The notes: generated by a model not told the origin, from the letters alone. DNA of 64,000 nt from Gemmatimonadota bacterium (GCA_016713785.1 JADJOM010000002.1:382381-446380); one strand, 5' to 3'. Counted from the stretch's first letter, positions 50,833-60,972 are shown. A program made the numbers and translations.

Positions 50833-52610
50833 CAGAGGCCTGCCCGTTCCCGGGCGCGCCGGATCACGGCGTCCATGAGGTCCTGGTGCCGCGCCAGGGT
50901 GTCGTCCACCACGTTGAGGGTGGGGATGGCGTGCGGCGCGAGCGAGAGGGTGTCGGGATCGAAGCGGCTGAAGCCTTCCTCGTGCACCCCGGTGCTGCCG
51001 CGGCCCGGGGCGGGGTGGCTCAGGTGCTGGAAGAATCGGGCGTGCCGCTGCACGAAGGGGCCGGCGGGCCCGCCGCCGCCGGCCTGGAAGAGCGGCAGCA
51101 CCTCGAGCAGGGCGTCGTAGTGCATCTCGCCCACGGCGGCGACGCCGGGGTGGCGGGCGCGGAGGTCGTGCACCAGCTGCCGGAGGCCGGCATGCATGTC
51201 GGCGCGCGGGTTGTTGATCCAGCCGCCGGCGATGTCGAGGAAGTAGGCGTCCACGCCGAAGCGCTCGATCATCTCGCCGATGCGGCCGCCGAGCCACTCG
51301 CGCCACGATGCCACGCCGAGGTTCATGTAGGCGAGCCAGCCGTCCATGTGGCGGTCGTTGTCCCAGTCCACCCAGTTGAGGTCCATGGTGTCGCCGTCGA
51401 CCTTGGCGGTGGCCGCCTCGGCGAGGGCGGGGAACGCCGACTGGCGGCGGTTGGCGGCGTTGGCGCCGAACATGGGCATGAAGCGGACGCCGAGGTCGTG
51501 GCCCTCGTCGATCAGGCGGCGGAAGGCGCGCGCGCCGCCCATGCGGGGGTCGAGTTCGTAGGCGGGGTAGTTCCAGTAGTAGCGGCCATCCCAGGCGGAG
51601 AGGAAGGCGAGGATCCGCTCGCCGGGGATCCGGGCGGCCATCCACCGGAGGGTGGTGAGCATCTTCGGGTAGTCGTTGAAGATGTACCCGGTGTAGTGCA
51701 TCCCGTGCAGCGTGGTGACGAGCGCGGTGCGCCGGAGCCAGTCCGGGACGTCGGGGCGGGTGTCCCAGTCGGGGATCCGGTAGGCCCGCGCCAGGTGGGC
51801 GTAGTGATCGGCGGTGGCCGCCTCCTGGGTGGCGGCGTGGCCGGCCCGCCAGGCGGGCAGGGACACCCGCCGCTCGTCCTTCCAGCCCTCGACCTCGTGC
51901 ACCGCCTCGAGCCGGTAGCCGCGCTCCCCCGGCTGCAGGTAGAAGCGCTTGGTGCGCACGGCGGTGTCGCGGCTCGAGACGAAGAAGCAGCGCCCGTCGG
52001 CCTCACGTACCTGCAGCAGCGGGGTATTCATGCCGCCGGCCACGAAGAGGTCGCCGCCGCCGAAGGGGTAGCCGTAGAGCAGCTCGTCGTCGCCGGGATC
52101 GGTGAAGGCGCCGCCGCCGCCCGCCACGGGCCCGCGCGGCACGCCGCGGAGCACCGTGGTGACGGCCTTGATCGGCTGGTCCATGGTCACGGTGCCGTCC
52201 CACTCCACCCCGTCGGGTACCCGGCGCAGGGCGAGGAGCACCTCGCCGTCCGCGCGCTGCTGCCCGCCGGCCCACACCAGCCCGGTGGCGCGCAGCTCGA
52301 GGCCGGTGTCGGTCTCGCGCACGGTCATCCGCGCCTGGTCGAGGCCGTAGGCGTTCTCGCGGGTGAACACCATGAGGCCGAAGGTGAGCCCCTCGAACGC
52401 GACGGAGGGCTCGGGGAAGTCGAAGCTGTACTTGACGAAGCTGCGGCCGCGGGGGGGCACGAAGACGTCGCTGCTGCTGACCAGCGGGAGGATCGGGGCC
52501 GCGGGGCGGTCGCCGGTGCCTGGTCCCGGCGGGAGGGGAGCCTGGAGGGCCACGGCGCCCGCCACGCCCAGGGTCTTGAGGGCGTCGCGGCGGGAGAGGG
52601 GGGAGGGCAT
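50832..52610 (-). CDS. Tat-exported hypothetical protein, possible TIM-barrel glycosidase-like partner of GH127
   Basis: 592 aa. SRRDALKTLGVAGA Tat signal. Its stop overlaps the GH127 start by 1 nt (TGATG). No family recognised. Confidence 0.65.
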   Translation of the reverse strand: MPSPLSRRDALKTLGVAGAVALQAPLPPGPGTGDRPAAPILPLVSSSDVFVPPRGRSFVKYSFDFPEPSVAFEGLTFGLMVFTRENAYGLDQARMTVRETDTGLELRATGLVWAGGQQRADGEVLLALRRVPDGVEWDGTVTMDQPIKAVTTVLRGVPRGPVAGGGGAFTDPGDDELLYGYPFGGGDLFVAGGMNTPLLQVREADGRCFFVSSRDTAVRTKRFYLQPGERGYRLEAVHEVEGWKDERRVSLPAWRAGHAATQEAATADHYAHLARAYRIPDWDTRPDVPDWLRRTALVTTLHGMHYTGYIFNDYPKMLTTLRWMAARIPGERILAFLSAWDGRYYWNYPAYELDPRMGGARAFRRLIDEGHDLGVRFMPMFGANAANRRQSAFPALAEAATAKVDGDTMDLNWVDWDNDRHMDGWLAYMNLGVASWREWLGGRIGEMIERFGVDAYFLDIAGGWINNPRADMHAGLRQLVHDLRARHPGVAAVGEMHYDALLEVLPLFQAGGGGPAGPFVQRHARFFQHLSHPAPGRGSTGVHEEGFSRFDPDTLSLAPHAIPTLNVVDDTLARHQDLMDAVIRRARERAGL

Positions 52611-52716
52611 CGGCCTAAGGTACGCGGGCGGGCGGGCGGGGGAAGGCGCAGCCTAGCCCGGCCCTCCCGGGGATTCTACCTTCCTCCAACCTCCTCACCC
52701 TCACCGGTCCCCGCCC

Positions 52717-55700
52717 CTGGCTGAGCTTCCCCCCGAGCTGGTTGCCGCGCTCGCCGACCGTTACACCCTCGACCGCCTGCTGGGCCAGGGCGGGATGGCC
52801 ACCGTGTACCTGGCCACCGACCGCAAGCACGATCGCCCGGTGGCGATCAAGCTGCTGCGGGCGGAGCTCGGCGCCGCGGTGGGGCCGGAGCGCTTCGTGC
52901 GCGAGATCGAGATCGCCGCACGGCTGCAGCATCCGCACATCCTGCCGCTGCTCGATTCGGGGTGGGTGGCGGCGGGGGCGGGGCAGGCGGCGCGGCCGTA
53001 CTACGTGATGCCGTACGTTCCCGGCGAATCGCTGCGGGAGCGGCTGGAGCGGGGCCCGCTGCCGGTGGCGGAGGCGGTGCGGCTGCTGAGCGAGATTGCG
53101 GACGCGCTGGCCACCGCCCACGGGCAGGGGGTGGTGCACCGCGACATCAAGCCGGAGAACGTGATGCTCTCCGGGCGCCACGCCCTGGTGATGGACTTCG
53201 GCGTGGCGCGCGCGGTGCGCGAGGCGAGCACCAGCGCGCGGCTCACCAGCGTGGGCTTTGCGCTGGGGACGCCGGCGTACATGGCGCCGGAGCAGGCGGC
53301 GGGCGATCCGGCGGTGGACCACCGCGCGGACCTCTACGCCCTGGGCATCGTGGCGTTCGAGATGCTCACCGGCCGCTTTCCGTACAAGGCCACGACGCCG
53401 CAGCAGATCCTGGCGGCGCACATCACGCAGCCTCCCGAGCCGATCGCCGGCCTGCGCCCCGACCTGCCCCCGGGGCTGGCCGAGGTGGTGATGCGCTGCC
53501 TGGCCAAGGAGCCGGCGGCGCGCTGGGCCAGCGCCGAGCAGCTGCGGGACGCGCTGGACCGGCTGGCGCCCGCGGTGGCCACGCCGGCCCATGGCACCCA
53601 GCCGGTGCCCGCGGCGGCGGTGCCGGAGGAGACGCACCCGGTGCAGGTGGCGTTGCTGTTCGGGTTCGGCGGCCTGCTGTTCATGGCGGCGGTCACGGCC
53701 CTCGTGCTGCGGGTGGGGCTGCCCGACTGGGTGCTCACCGGCACCCAGCTGCTGCTGCTGGCCGGCTTCCCGCTGGCGGTGGGGACGGCGGTGATGGAGC
53801 GGCGCCGCGCGGCGGCCCGCGCCACCGGCACCTGGCATGCGAGCGGGGAGACCGGGCTGCAGCGGCTGATGACCTGGCGGCGCACCCGGCAGACCGCGCT
53901 GGCCGCGTTCACCGGGCTGGGGCTCGCCGCCGCGGCGTACACCGCCATGCGCCTGCTGGGCATCGGCCCGCTCGGCACCCTGGTGGCGCGCGGGGCGCTG
54001 CACGCGCAGGACCGGATCGTGGTGGCCGACTTCACCAGCGCCGGCACCGACAGCACCCTCGGCCCCTCGGTGTCGGAGGCGCTGCGGATCGACCTGAGCC
54101 AGACGCCGGTGGTACGGGTGCTCGACGCCACCGAGGTGCGCAACGCGCTGCGCCGCATGGCGCGCCCGGATGGCGGGGCGCGGCTCGACCCGGCCACCGC
54201 GCGCGAGCTGGCCCTGCGCGAGGGAGGGAAGGCCTACCTGGTGGGCGAGGTGACGGCCGCGGGGCGGGGCTTCCTGCTCACGGCGCGGCTGCTGGCCACC
54301 GACGGCGACGCCGAGCTGGTGGCGCTGCGGGAGACCGCGGCGGACGACACCGAGGTGCTGGCCGCGATGGACCGACTCTCCAAGCGCCTCCGGGAGCGGC
54401 TGGGCGAGTCGCTGCGCGACCTCCGCGCCGCCCCGCCGATGGAACAGGTCACCACCTCATCGCTCGAGGCGCTGCGGCTCTACACCGAGGCGCGCGCCCT
54501 CATGCGCACCGGGACCCCGCGTCTCGTGGAACAGCAGCTGCTGCGCGCGGTGGCGCTCGACAGCGGCTTCGCCACCGCCTGGCGGGCACTGGGCGTGTTC
54601 TACTACAACACCGGCGACCCGCGCAGCAAGCAGCTGCATGCCGCCACCGTGGCGTACCAGCACCGGGAGCGCCTGCCCGATATCGAGCGGCTGCAGACCG
54701 AGGCGTACTACCACTGGGCCGTGACCGAGGACATGGTGCAGGCGGAGCGCTCCTACCGGGCGGTCCTGGCGCGCCGCCCCGATGACATCACCAGCATCAA
54801 CAACCTGTCGCTGGTGTTTGCACGGCGCCGGGAGTGGGCGGCGGCGGAGACGCTGCTGGTGCGCGGCGTGGGGGTGGACAGCACGGTGCGCAGCTTCCAG
54901 GTGAACCTGGTGGAGGCCCTCGCCGCCCAGCACAAGGTGGACGAGGCCGACGCCGCCACGGAGCGGATGGCGCGCCTGGTGCCGACCGCCGGGACGGTGA
55001 TCCCCGGCTACCGCTGGAACGTGCGGGCCATGCGGCGGCAGTGGGACAGCGCGGCGGCGGTGGCGCGCGCCGCGCTGCCGACCCTGACCCAGCCGCGGGA
55101 CCGTGAGTGGGCATTCGCGGCGCTGTCCGCCTTTGCGGGGATCCGCGGCCAGGTGTCGGAGATGGACCGGCTGATGCGCGCCGCGGCCGCGGAGACGGCC
55201 GCTGACCCGAGCAGCCGGCTCAAGGAGGCGGTGTACCAGGCGCAGGCCCGGACCATGTGGGGCGGGTCGGTGAGCGACGGCGTTCGACTGCTCGACCAGG
55301 CCTTGGCGCGGGACCCGCTGGCCACCATGCCCGCGCCCGACCGGCCCTATACCATGCTCGTCAGCCAGTACGCGAACTTCGGGCGGGCCGACCGGGCACG
55401 GCAGCTGTACACGCAGATGGTGGCCGATTCCGTCATGCCGGCCGGCGGCCGCCAGGCCCAGTACCTGCTCGGCTGGGTGGAGGTCGCCGAGGGTCAGTAC
55501 GCCCCGGGGCTCGCCCGCATCCGCCTCAACGCCGACTCCGCCTACTGCGCGAACTGCGCTGGGTACGACCTTGGCTGGGCGTACGACCGGGCCGGGGAGC
55601 GGGACTCGGTCCTGGCCGTGCTCGAGCGGGTGGTGAACGCCGCCCCCGACTGGGAGCAGTTCTACGACGACGCCATCAACCAGGCCCGCGCCTACCGGCG

Positions 55701-55860
55701 GATCGGCGAGCTGTACGAGGAGCGGGGCGACCGGGCGAAGGCGCTCGACTACTACGGCCGCCTGCTCGACCAGTGGCGCGAGGCCGACCCGACCCTCGCG
55801 CCCGTGATGCGCGAGGTCCGGGGACGGATGGCCCGGCTGGCGGGGGAGGGCGCGCTGTAG
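52717..55860 (+). CDS. Serine/threonine protein kinase with a TM segment and a long TPR-like C-terminal domain (start codon uncertain: CTG 52717 or ATG 52795)
   Basis: GQGGMATVY G-loop, VAIK, HRDIKPENVML, DFG, GTPAYMAPE. The kinase fold begins upstream of the first ATG. The frame is open from the TAG at 52654-52656 with no ATG/GTG/TTG before 52795. Confidence 0.8.
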   Translation: MAELPPELVAALADRYTLDRLLGQGGMATVYLATDRKHDRPVAIKLLRAELGAAVGPERFVREIEIAARLQHPHILPLLDSGWVAAGAGQAARPYYVMPYVPGESLRERLERGPLPVAEAVRLLSEIADALATAHGQGVVHRDIKPENVMLSGRHALVMDFGVARAVREASTSARLTSVGFALGTPAYMAPEQAAGDPAVDHRADLYALGIVAFEMLTGRFPYKATTPQQILAAHITQPPEPIAGLRPDLPPGLAEVVMRCLAKEPAARWASAEQLRDALDRLAPAVATPAHGTQPVPAAAVPEETHPVQVALLFGFGGLLFMAAVTALVLRVGLPDWVLTGTQLLLLAGFPLAVGTAVMERRRAAARATGTWHASGETGLQRLMTWRRTRQTALAAFTGLGLAAAAYTAMRLLGIGPLGTLVARGALHAQDRIVVADFTSAGTDSTLGPSVSEALRIDLSQTPVVRVLDATEVRNALRRMARPDGGARLDPATARELALREGGKAYLVGEVTAAGRGFLLTARLLATDGDAELVALRETAADDTEVLAAMDRLSKRLRERLGESLRDLRAAPPMEQVTTSSLEALRLYTEARALMRTGTPRLVEQQLLRAVALDSGFATAWRALGVFYYNTGDPRSKQLHAATVAYQHRERLPDIERLQTEAYYHWAVTEDMVQAERSYRAVLARRPDDITSINNLSLVFARRREWAAAETLLVRGVGVDSTVRSFQVNLVEALAAQHKVDEADAATERMARLVPTAGTVIPGYRWNVRAMRRQWDSAAAVARAALPTLTQPRDREWAFAALSAFAGIRGQVSEMDRLMRAAAAETAADPSSRLKEAVYQAQARTMWGGSVSDGVRLLDQALARDPLATMPAPDRPYTMLVSQYANFGRADRARQLYTQMVADSVMPAGGRQAQYLLGWVEVAEGQYAPGLARIRLNADSAYCANCAGYDLGWAYDRAGERDSVLAVLERVVNAAPDWEQFYDDAINQARAYRRIGELYEERGDRAKALDYYGRLLDQWREADPTLAPVMREVRGRMARLAGEGAL

Positions 55861-55872
55861 GTCTCGCCGGTT

Positions 55873-55922
55873 CATGAAGGTCTGTCCGTCGGGTGACCGG
55901 AAATGGTCACGTATCCTTCATG
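55873..55922. promoter_or_regulatory. Nested inverted repeats between the kinase and the hybrid histidine kinase
   Basis: Outer CATGAAGG (55873-55880) pairs with CCTTCATG (55915-55922). Inner GTGACC (55893-55898) pairs with GGTCAC (55905-55910). Confidence 0.3.
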
Positions 55923-56003
55923 GCGTGTGCCCACCCACCCGCCCGCATGAGTTTCTGCGCCCGCCGTCGATACTGAGGACGCTGGCTGTACCCCGGAGGC
56001 GCC

Positions 56004-58487
56004 GTGGCACCGGATCACGTCCCAGAACTCGAGCTGCCTGCACCCGCCCTCGGGTCCGCGGTGGTGTGCGACAGCCTGGTCCTTCGCGGCATCCGGGACG
56101 CCGTGGTCATGACGGACCTCGCGGGCATCGTCACCTACTGGAATGACGGCGCCACGCGCCTGTTCGGCTGGTCGGCGGCGGAGATGCTGGGGCGGCCGTA
56201 CGCCGACCGGTATCCGGAGCCCCGGCGCTCCTGGGTGGCGGCCGAGATGGTCAGCCGCACCGCCGGCACCGAGTGGAACGGCGAGTTCGAGGATGTGCGG
56301 AAGGACGGATCGGTGGTCTGGATCGAGGCGCGGGTGCGCCGCATCCTCGACGGCCACGGCACGCCGGTGGGGGTGCTGGGACTCTCGTACAACATCACCG
56401 ACCGCAAGCGGGCGGAGTTCGAGGCGCGCACCCGGGAGGAATTCGAGCGGGCGGTGCTCGATTCCATGTCGAGCCAGGTGGCGGTGCTCGCCTGGGACGG
56501 CACCATCCGCACCGTGAACCGTTCGTGGCGGGAGTTCGGCATCGCCAATGCGGCGCCGGGCCGTCCGCCGGCCGTGGCCGGGGTGGGCCTGAACTACCTC
56601 GAGGTGTGCCGCTCCAGCCAGGCGGAGGACGCCGCCGCCGGGATCGTGTCCGTGCTGTCCGGCGCGCGGGGCCGGTTCGAGCTCGAGTATCCCTGCCACA
56701 GCCCGGCGGAACGGCGCTGGTTCTCCATGCGGGTGACGCCGCTGGGGCCCGCGACCGGCGGCGCGGTGGTGGCGCACGTGGACATCACCCGGCGGAAGCT
56801 CGCCGAGGCCATGCTGGTGGCCCAGAACCGGGTGCTGGCCCGGATCGCCACGGGCGACGACCTCACGGGGGTGCTCGAGGGCGTGGTGGCGATGGTGGAG
56901 GAGCAGCTCCCCGGGTCGCTCTGCGCGGTGATGGTGCGCGAGCCGGGCCGCGAGGTGCTGCGCTCCGGCGCGGGCCCGAGCCTGCCGGCGGCGTACAACG
57001 CCGCGGTGGACGGGGTGCCCATCGGGCCGTCGGTGGGCTCCTGCGGCACCGCCGCGTACCGGCGGGAGCCGGTGCTGGTCACGGACATCGCCACCGACCC
57101 GCTGTGGGCGGCGTTCCGCGACGTGGCGCTGCCCCACGGCCTGTGCTCCTGCTTCTCGATGCCGATCCTGGCCGGCGACGCCACGGGAGCCGCCAGCGCG
57201 ACCGGCGAGCTGCTGGGGACCTTCGCGCTGTACCGGAGGGTGGCGGGGGCGCCGGAGCCGGGATCGGCGGAGGTGCTCCAGGTGGCCGCGCAGCTCGCGG
57301 GGGTGGCGATCCAGCGCGACCGGGTGATGTCGGAGCTGCGGGCCAGCGAGGAGCGCCTCCGCCAGGCGCACAAGATGGAAGCGATCGGACAGCTGGCCGG
57401 CGGCGTGGCGCATGACTTCAACAACCTGCTCACCGTCATCAACGGCTACGCCGAGATCCTGCGGGCCCAGCTCGCCACGGACAGCGAGGCCGGCGAGTCG
57501 GTCCACGCCATCCTCGAGGCGGGGCAGCGGGCCGCGGCGCTGACGGGCCAGCTGCTGGCCTTCAGCCGCAAGGCCATGGTGCAGCCCAGGCTGGTGGACC
57601 TGAACGAGGTGGTGGACGCGGCGGCGCGCATGCTGCGGCGGCTGATCGGGGAACAGGTGACGTTCGTCTCGCGGCTGCAGCCGGGCCTCCCCCCCGTGCG
57701 GATCGACCCGGGGCAGATCGAGCAGGTGGTGCTGAACCTGGCGGTCAACGCCCGCGACGCGATGCCCGATGGCGGCACCCTGGTGGTGGAGACCTCCGAG
57801 CTGCTGGTACCGGCGATGATCACCACCGAGACCGGGGAGTTCCGCGCCGGGCACACCGTGCAGCTGACGGTGTCCGACACCGGGCATGGGATGAGCGAGG
57901 AGGTCCGGGCGCGCGTGTTCGAGCCGTTCTTCACCACCAAGGGCGTCGGCAAGGGGACGGGGCTGGGCCTGGCCACGGTGTACGGGATCATCCGGCAGGC
58001 CGGGGGCCACGTGGAGGTGAGCAGCGCGCCGGGCCACGGCACCAGCTTCCGGGTCCTGCTGCCGGTGGCCGCCGCCGCGGGCCAGGCCGCCGCCGAGCCG
58101 CCGGCGCCGGAGCGGCCCGGGACCGAGACGATCCTCCTGGTGGAGGACGAGGCGGCGGTGCGGCGGCTGGCGCTGGTGGCGCTCGAACGGCGCGGCTACC
58201 GGGTGCTGCCGGCGGCCTCGGCCGCGGAGGCCATGGCGCTCGCCACCGGCCACCAGGGCCGGCTGGACCTGCTGCTCACCGACGTGGTGATGCCCGACAT
58301 GGGCGGCCGGCAGCTTGCCGAGGCGCTCACGTCGCGCCGTCCGGGACTCAAAGTGCTCTTCATGAGCGGCTACACCGACGACACGGTGCTGCGGGATGGC
58401 CTGACCAGCCCGGACCAGCTGTTCCTGCAGAAGCCGTTCTCGGTGGCCGCGCTGGGCCGGCGGGTGCGGGAGGTGCTGGACCTGTAG
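56004..58487 (+). CDS. Hybrid sensor histidine kinase/response regulator (PAS-PAS-GAF-HisKA-HATPase-REC)
   Basis: GTG 56004 follows GGAGG. PAS-like VTYWNDGATRLFGW, GAF region, H-box VAHDFNNLLTVINGY, GLGLATVYGII, and receiver ILLVEDE...DLLLTDVVMPDMGG...KP. Confidence 0.9.
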   Translation: MAPDHVPELELPAPALGSAVVCDSLVLRGIRDAVVMTDLAGIVTYWNDGATRLFGWSAAEMLGRPYADRYPEPRRSWVAAEMVSRTAGTEWNGEFEDVRKDGSVVWIEARVRRILDGHGTPVGVLGLSYNITDRKRAEFEARTREEFERAVLDSMSSQVAVLAWDGTIRTVNRSWREFGIANAAPGRPPAVAGVGLNYLEVCRSSQAEDAAAGIVSVLSGARGRFELEYPCHSPAERRWFSMRVTPLGPATGGAVVAHVDITRRKLAEAMLVAQNRVLARIATGDDLTGVLEGVVAMVEEQLPGSLCAVMVREPGREVLRSGAGPSLPAAYNAAVDGVPIGPSVGSCGTAAYRREPVLVTDIATDPLWAAFRDVALPHGLCSCFSMPILAGDATGAASATGELLGTFALYRRVAGAPEPGSAEVLQVAAQLAGVAIQRDRVMSELRASEERLRQAHKMEAIGQLAGGVAHDFNNLLTVINGYAEILRAQLATDSEAGESVHAILEAGQRAAALTGQLLAFSRKAMVQPRLVDLNEVVDAAARMLRRLIGEQVTFVSRLQPGLPPVRIDPGQIEQVVLNLAVNARDAMPDGGTLVVETSELLVPAMITTETGEFRAGHTVQLTVSDTGHGMSEEVRARVFEPFFTTKGVGKGTGLGLATVYGIIRQAGGHVEVSSAPGHGTSFRVLLPVAAAAGQAAAEPPAPERPGTETILLVEDEAAVRRLALVALERRGYRVLPAASAAEAMALATGHQGRLDLLLTDVVMPDMGGRQLAEALTSRRPGLKVLFMSGYTDDTVLRDGLTSPDQLFLQKPFSVAALGRRVREVLDL

Positions 58488-58510
58488 CCGGGGTGGGCGA
58501 TTCCTGGTGG

Positions 58511-58600
58511 AGAGCGGGAAGCGGGAAGCGGGAAGCGGCGAAGGGGTGGGCCGCGTCCCGCTTCCCTCTTCCCTTTTCCCCCGTTTCCCTGCCCATTTCC
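58511..58600. repeat. Heptamer-family inverted array (GGGAAGC x3, then a long C/T-rich complementary arm)
   Basis: gggaagc at 58516, 58523 and 58530. The arm tcccgcttccctcttcccttttcccccgtttccctgcccatttcc (58556-58600) lies 3' of the hybrid kinase stop. Confidence 0.8.
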
Positions 58601-58636
58601 TGAGGTCCCGCCGTCCCCCCTATCCGGTACCTCGCC

Positions 58637-60823
58637 ATGCCCCGTTGCCTCGTCATCGCCGTGCTCCTGCTCGCCGCCTGCGCCACGAAGGCGGCGCCAC
58701 CCCCGGAGCTGTCCCGCTGGGAGCAGCGGGCGGCCGCGGTGACGATCGTGCGGGATGACTGGGGCATCGCCCACGTGCACGGCACGACCGACGCCGACGC
58801 GGTGTTCGGGATGATCTACGCCCAGGCCGAGGACGACTTCAACCGGGTGGAGACCAACTACCTGGTGTCGCTCGGGCGGCTGGCGGAGGCGGAGGGGGAG
58901 GGAGAGCTGTACCGGGACCTGCGGCAGCGGCTCTTCATCGACACCACCGACCTGCAGGCCCAGTACGCGTCCAGCCCGGCGTGGCTCCGGGCGCTGATGG
59001 ATGGCTGGGCCGACGGGCTCAACTACTTCCTCCACACCCACCCGGCGGTGAAGCCCAGGGTGCTCACCCGGTTCGAGCCGTGGATGGCCCTGTCCTTCAG
59101 CGAGGGGAGCATCGGCGGCGACATCGAGCGGGTGGACCTCGGGGCGCTGCAGGCGTTCCATGACGGCCCGGCCACGGTCGCCGCGCGCGTCACAGCCGCG
59201 CCGGCCGCGCCGCTCCCGGCGTACCTCGAGGCCACCGGATCCAACGGCATCGCGATCGCGCCCGCCAACACCCTCAATGGCCACGCCCTGCTGCTCATCA
59301 ACCCGCACACCTCGTTCTTCTTCCGTTCCGAGCTGCAGGTGACGAGCGACGAGGGGCTCAACGCCTACGGCGCGGTGACCTGGGGGCAGTTCTTCGTGTA
59401 CCAGGGCTTCAACGCCTCCGCGGGGTGGATGCACACCTCGAGCGGGGTGGACAACATCGACGAGTACCTGGAGACGGTGACGGTGCGCGGGGACAGCGCC
59501 ACCTACCGGTACGACGGCGCCGAGCGCCCGCTGGCGCGCCGGGAGATCACGGTGGCCTTCCGCACCGACACCGGCCTGGCCACCCGGCGGTTCACCACCT
59601 GGCGCAGCCACCATGGACCGATCGTCCGCGCGGAGGGGGACCGGTGGGTGGCGGTGCGGCTGATGGAGGCGCCGCAGCAGGCGCTCACCCAGTCGTTCTC
59701 GCGGACCAAGGCCGCGAACTACGCCCAGTTCCGCGAGGTGATGGGGCTGCACACCAACTCCTCCAACAACACGCTCTTCGCCGATGGCGAGGGCAACATC
59801 GCCTACTTCCACGCCAACTTCATCCCGCGGCGCGACCCGCGCTTCGACTGGAACCGGCCGGTGGACGGCAGCGATCCGGCCACCGAGTGGGGCGCGCCGA
59901 TGGCGCTCGACAGCTCGCCGCTGGTGCACAACCCGCCCAACGGCTGGGTGTACAACAGCAACAACTGGCCCTACTCCGCCGCCGGGCCCGGGCACAGCCC
60001 GCGCCGCGCCGACTACCCCGCCTACACCGACCTGGGCCTGGAGAACCCGCGCGGCATCCACGCCATGCAGGTCCTCGGCACCCGCCGGGACTTCACGGTG
60101 GACGCGCTGGTGACCGCGGCCTACGACAGCTACCTCCCCGCCTTTGCCGACCTGGTGCCGGCGCTGCTCGACGCGTACGACCACCTCCTGCCCGGCGATT
60201 CGCTGCGCCGGGCGCTGGCGGAGCCGGTCGCGGCGCTGCGCGGGTGGGACTACCGCTGGTCGGCGGCGTCGGTCCCCACCACGCTCGCCGTCTCCTGGGG
60301 CGACGCGCTGTGGGCGCGGTCGCGGCAGGCCGATCTCGAGGACCTCTCGCTCTACGAGTTCATGGCTCGGCGCACCACCCGCGCCCTGCGGCTGGAGGCG
60401 CTGGCGGAGGCGGTGGACCAGCTCACCCGCGACTTCGGCACCTGGCGCACCCCGTGGGGCGAGGTCAACCGGTTCCAGCGGCTCACCGACGACATCGTCC
60501 ACCCGTTCGACGACGCCGGCCCGAGCCTCCCGGTGCCCTTCACCTCGAGCCGCTGGGGCTCGCTGGCCTCGTTCGGGACCGTGACGCCCGCGGGGACGAA
60601 GAAGCGCTACGGCGTGAGCGGCAACAGCTTCGTGGCGGTGGTGGAGTTCGGTGACAGCGTGCGGGCGCGCGCGGTGACCGCCGGCGGCGAGAGCGGGGAT
60701 CCGGCCTCGCCGCACTTCAACGACCAGGCCGAGCGCTACGCCGCGGGAAACCTGCGCGAGGTGTACTTCTACCCCGACCAGCTGGCGGGCCATACGGAGC
60801 GGAGCTACCGGCCGGGGGAGTGA
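58637..60823 (+). CDS. Penicillin acylase family (S45 Ntn-hydrolase) lipoprotein, possible acyl-homoserine-lactone/beta-lactam acylase
   Basis: Lipobox LLLAAC. VRDDWGIAHVHG alpha-subunit start. Candidate autoprocessing nucleophile in ATGSNGIAIAP. Confidence 0.9.
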   Translation: MPRCLVIAVLLLAACATKAAPPPELSRWEQRAAAVTIVRDDWGIAHVHGTTDADAVFGMIYAQAEDDFNRVETNYLVSLGRLAEAEGEGELYRDLRQRLFIDTTDLQAQYASSPAWLRALMDGWADGLNYFLHTHPAVKPRVLTRFEPWMALSFSEGSIGGDIERVDLGALQAFHDGPATVAARVTAAPAAPLPAYLEATGSNGIAIAPANTLNGHALLLINPHTSFFFRSELQVTSDEGLNAYGAVTWGQFFVYQGFNASAGWMHTSSGVDNIDEYLETVTVRGDSATYRYDGAERPLARREITVAFRTDTGLATRRFTTWRSHHGPIVRAEGDRWVAVRLMEAPQQALTQSFSRTKAANYAQFREVMGLHTNSSNNTLFADGEGNIAYFHANFIPRRDPRFDWNRPVDGSDPATEWGAPMALDSSPLVHNPPNGWVYNSNNWPYSAAGPGHSPRRADYPAYTDLGLENPRGIHAMQVLGTRRDFTVDALVTAAYDSYLPAFADLVPALLDAYDHLLPGDSLRRALAEPVAALRGWDYRWSAASVPTTLAVSWGDALWARSRQADLEDLSLYEFMARRTTRALRLEALAEAVDQLTRDFGTWRTPWGEVNRFQRLTDDIVHPFDDAGPSLPVPFTSSRWGSLASFGTVTPAGTKKRYGVSGNSFVAVVEFGDSVRARAVTAGGESGDPASPHFNDQAERYAAGNLREVYFYPDQLAGHTERSYRPGE

Positions 60824-60972
60824 GGGCGGCGGGCGGCGGGCGGGGGCGCCGGGATACGGGAGTGGGGTGCGGCGGATTGGGGCGCGGGGACGCGGTCCCG
60901 CCGCGACCGGGCGTTCATCGTCCTGTCAGGCACCCGCGGGTACTATTCCGGCACCCCTGCAAGGAGTGCCGC

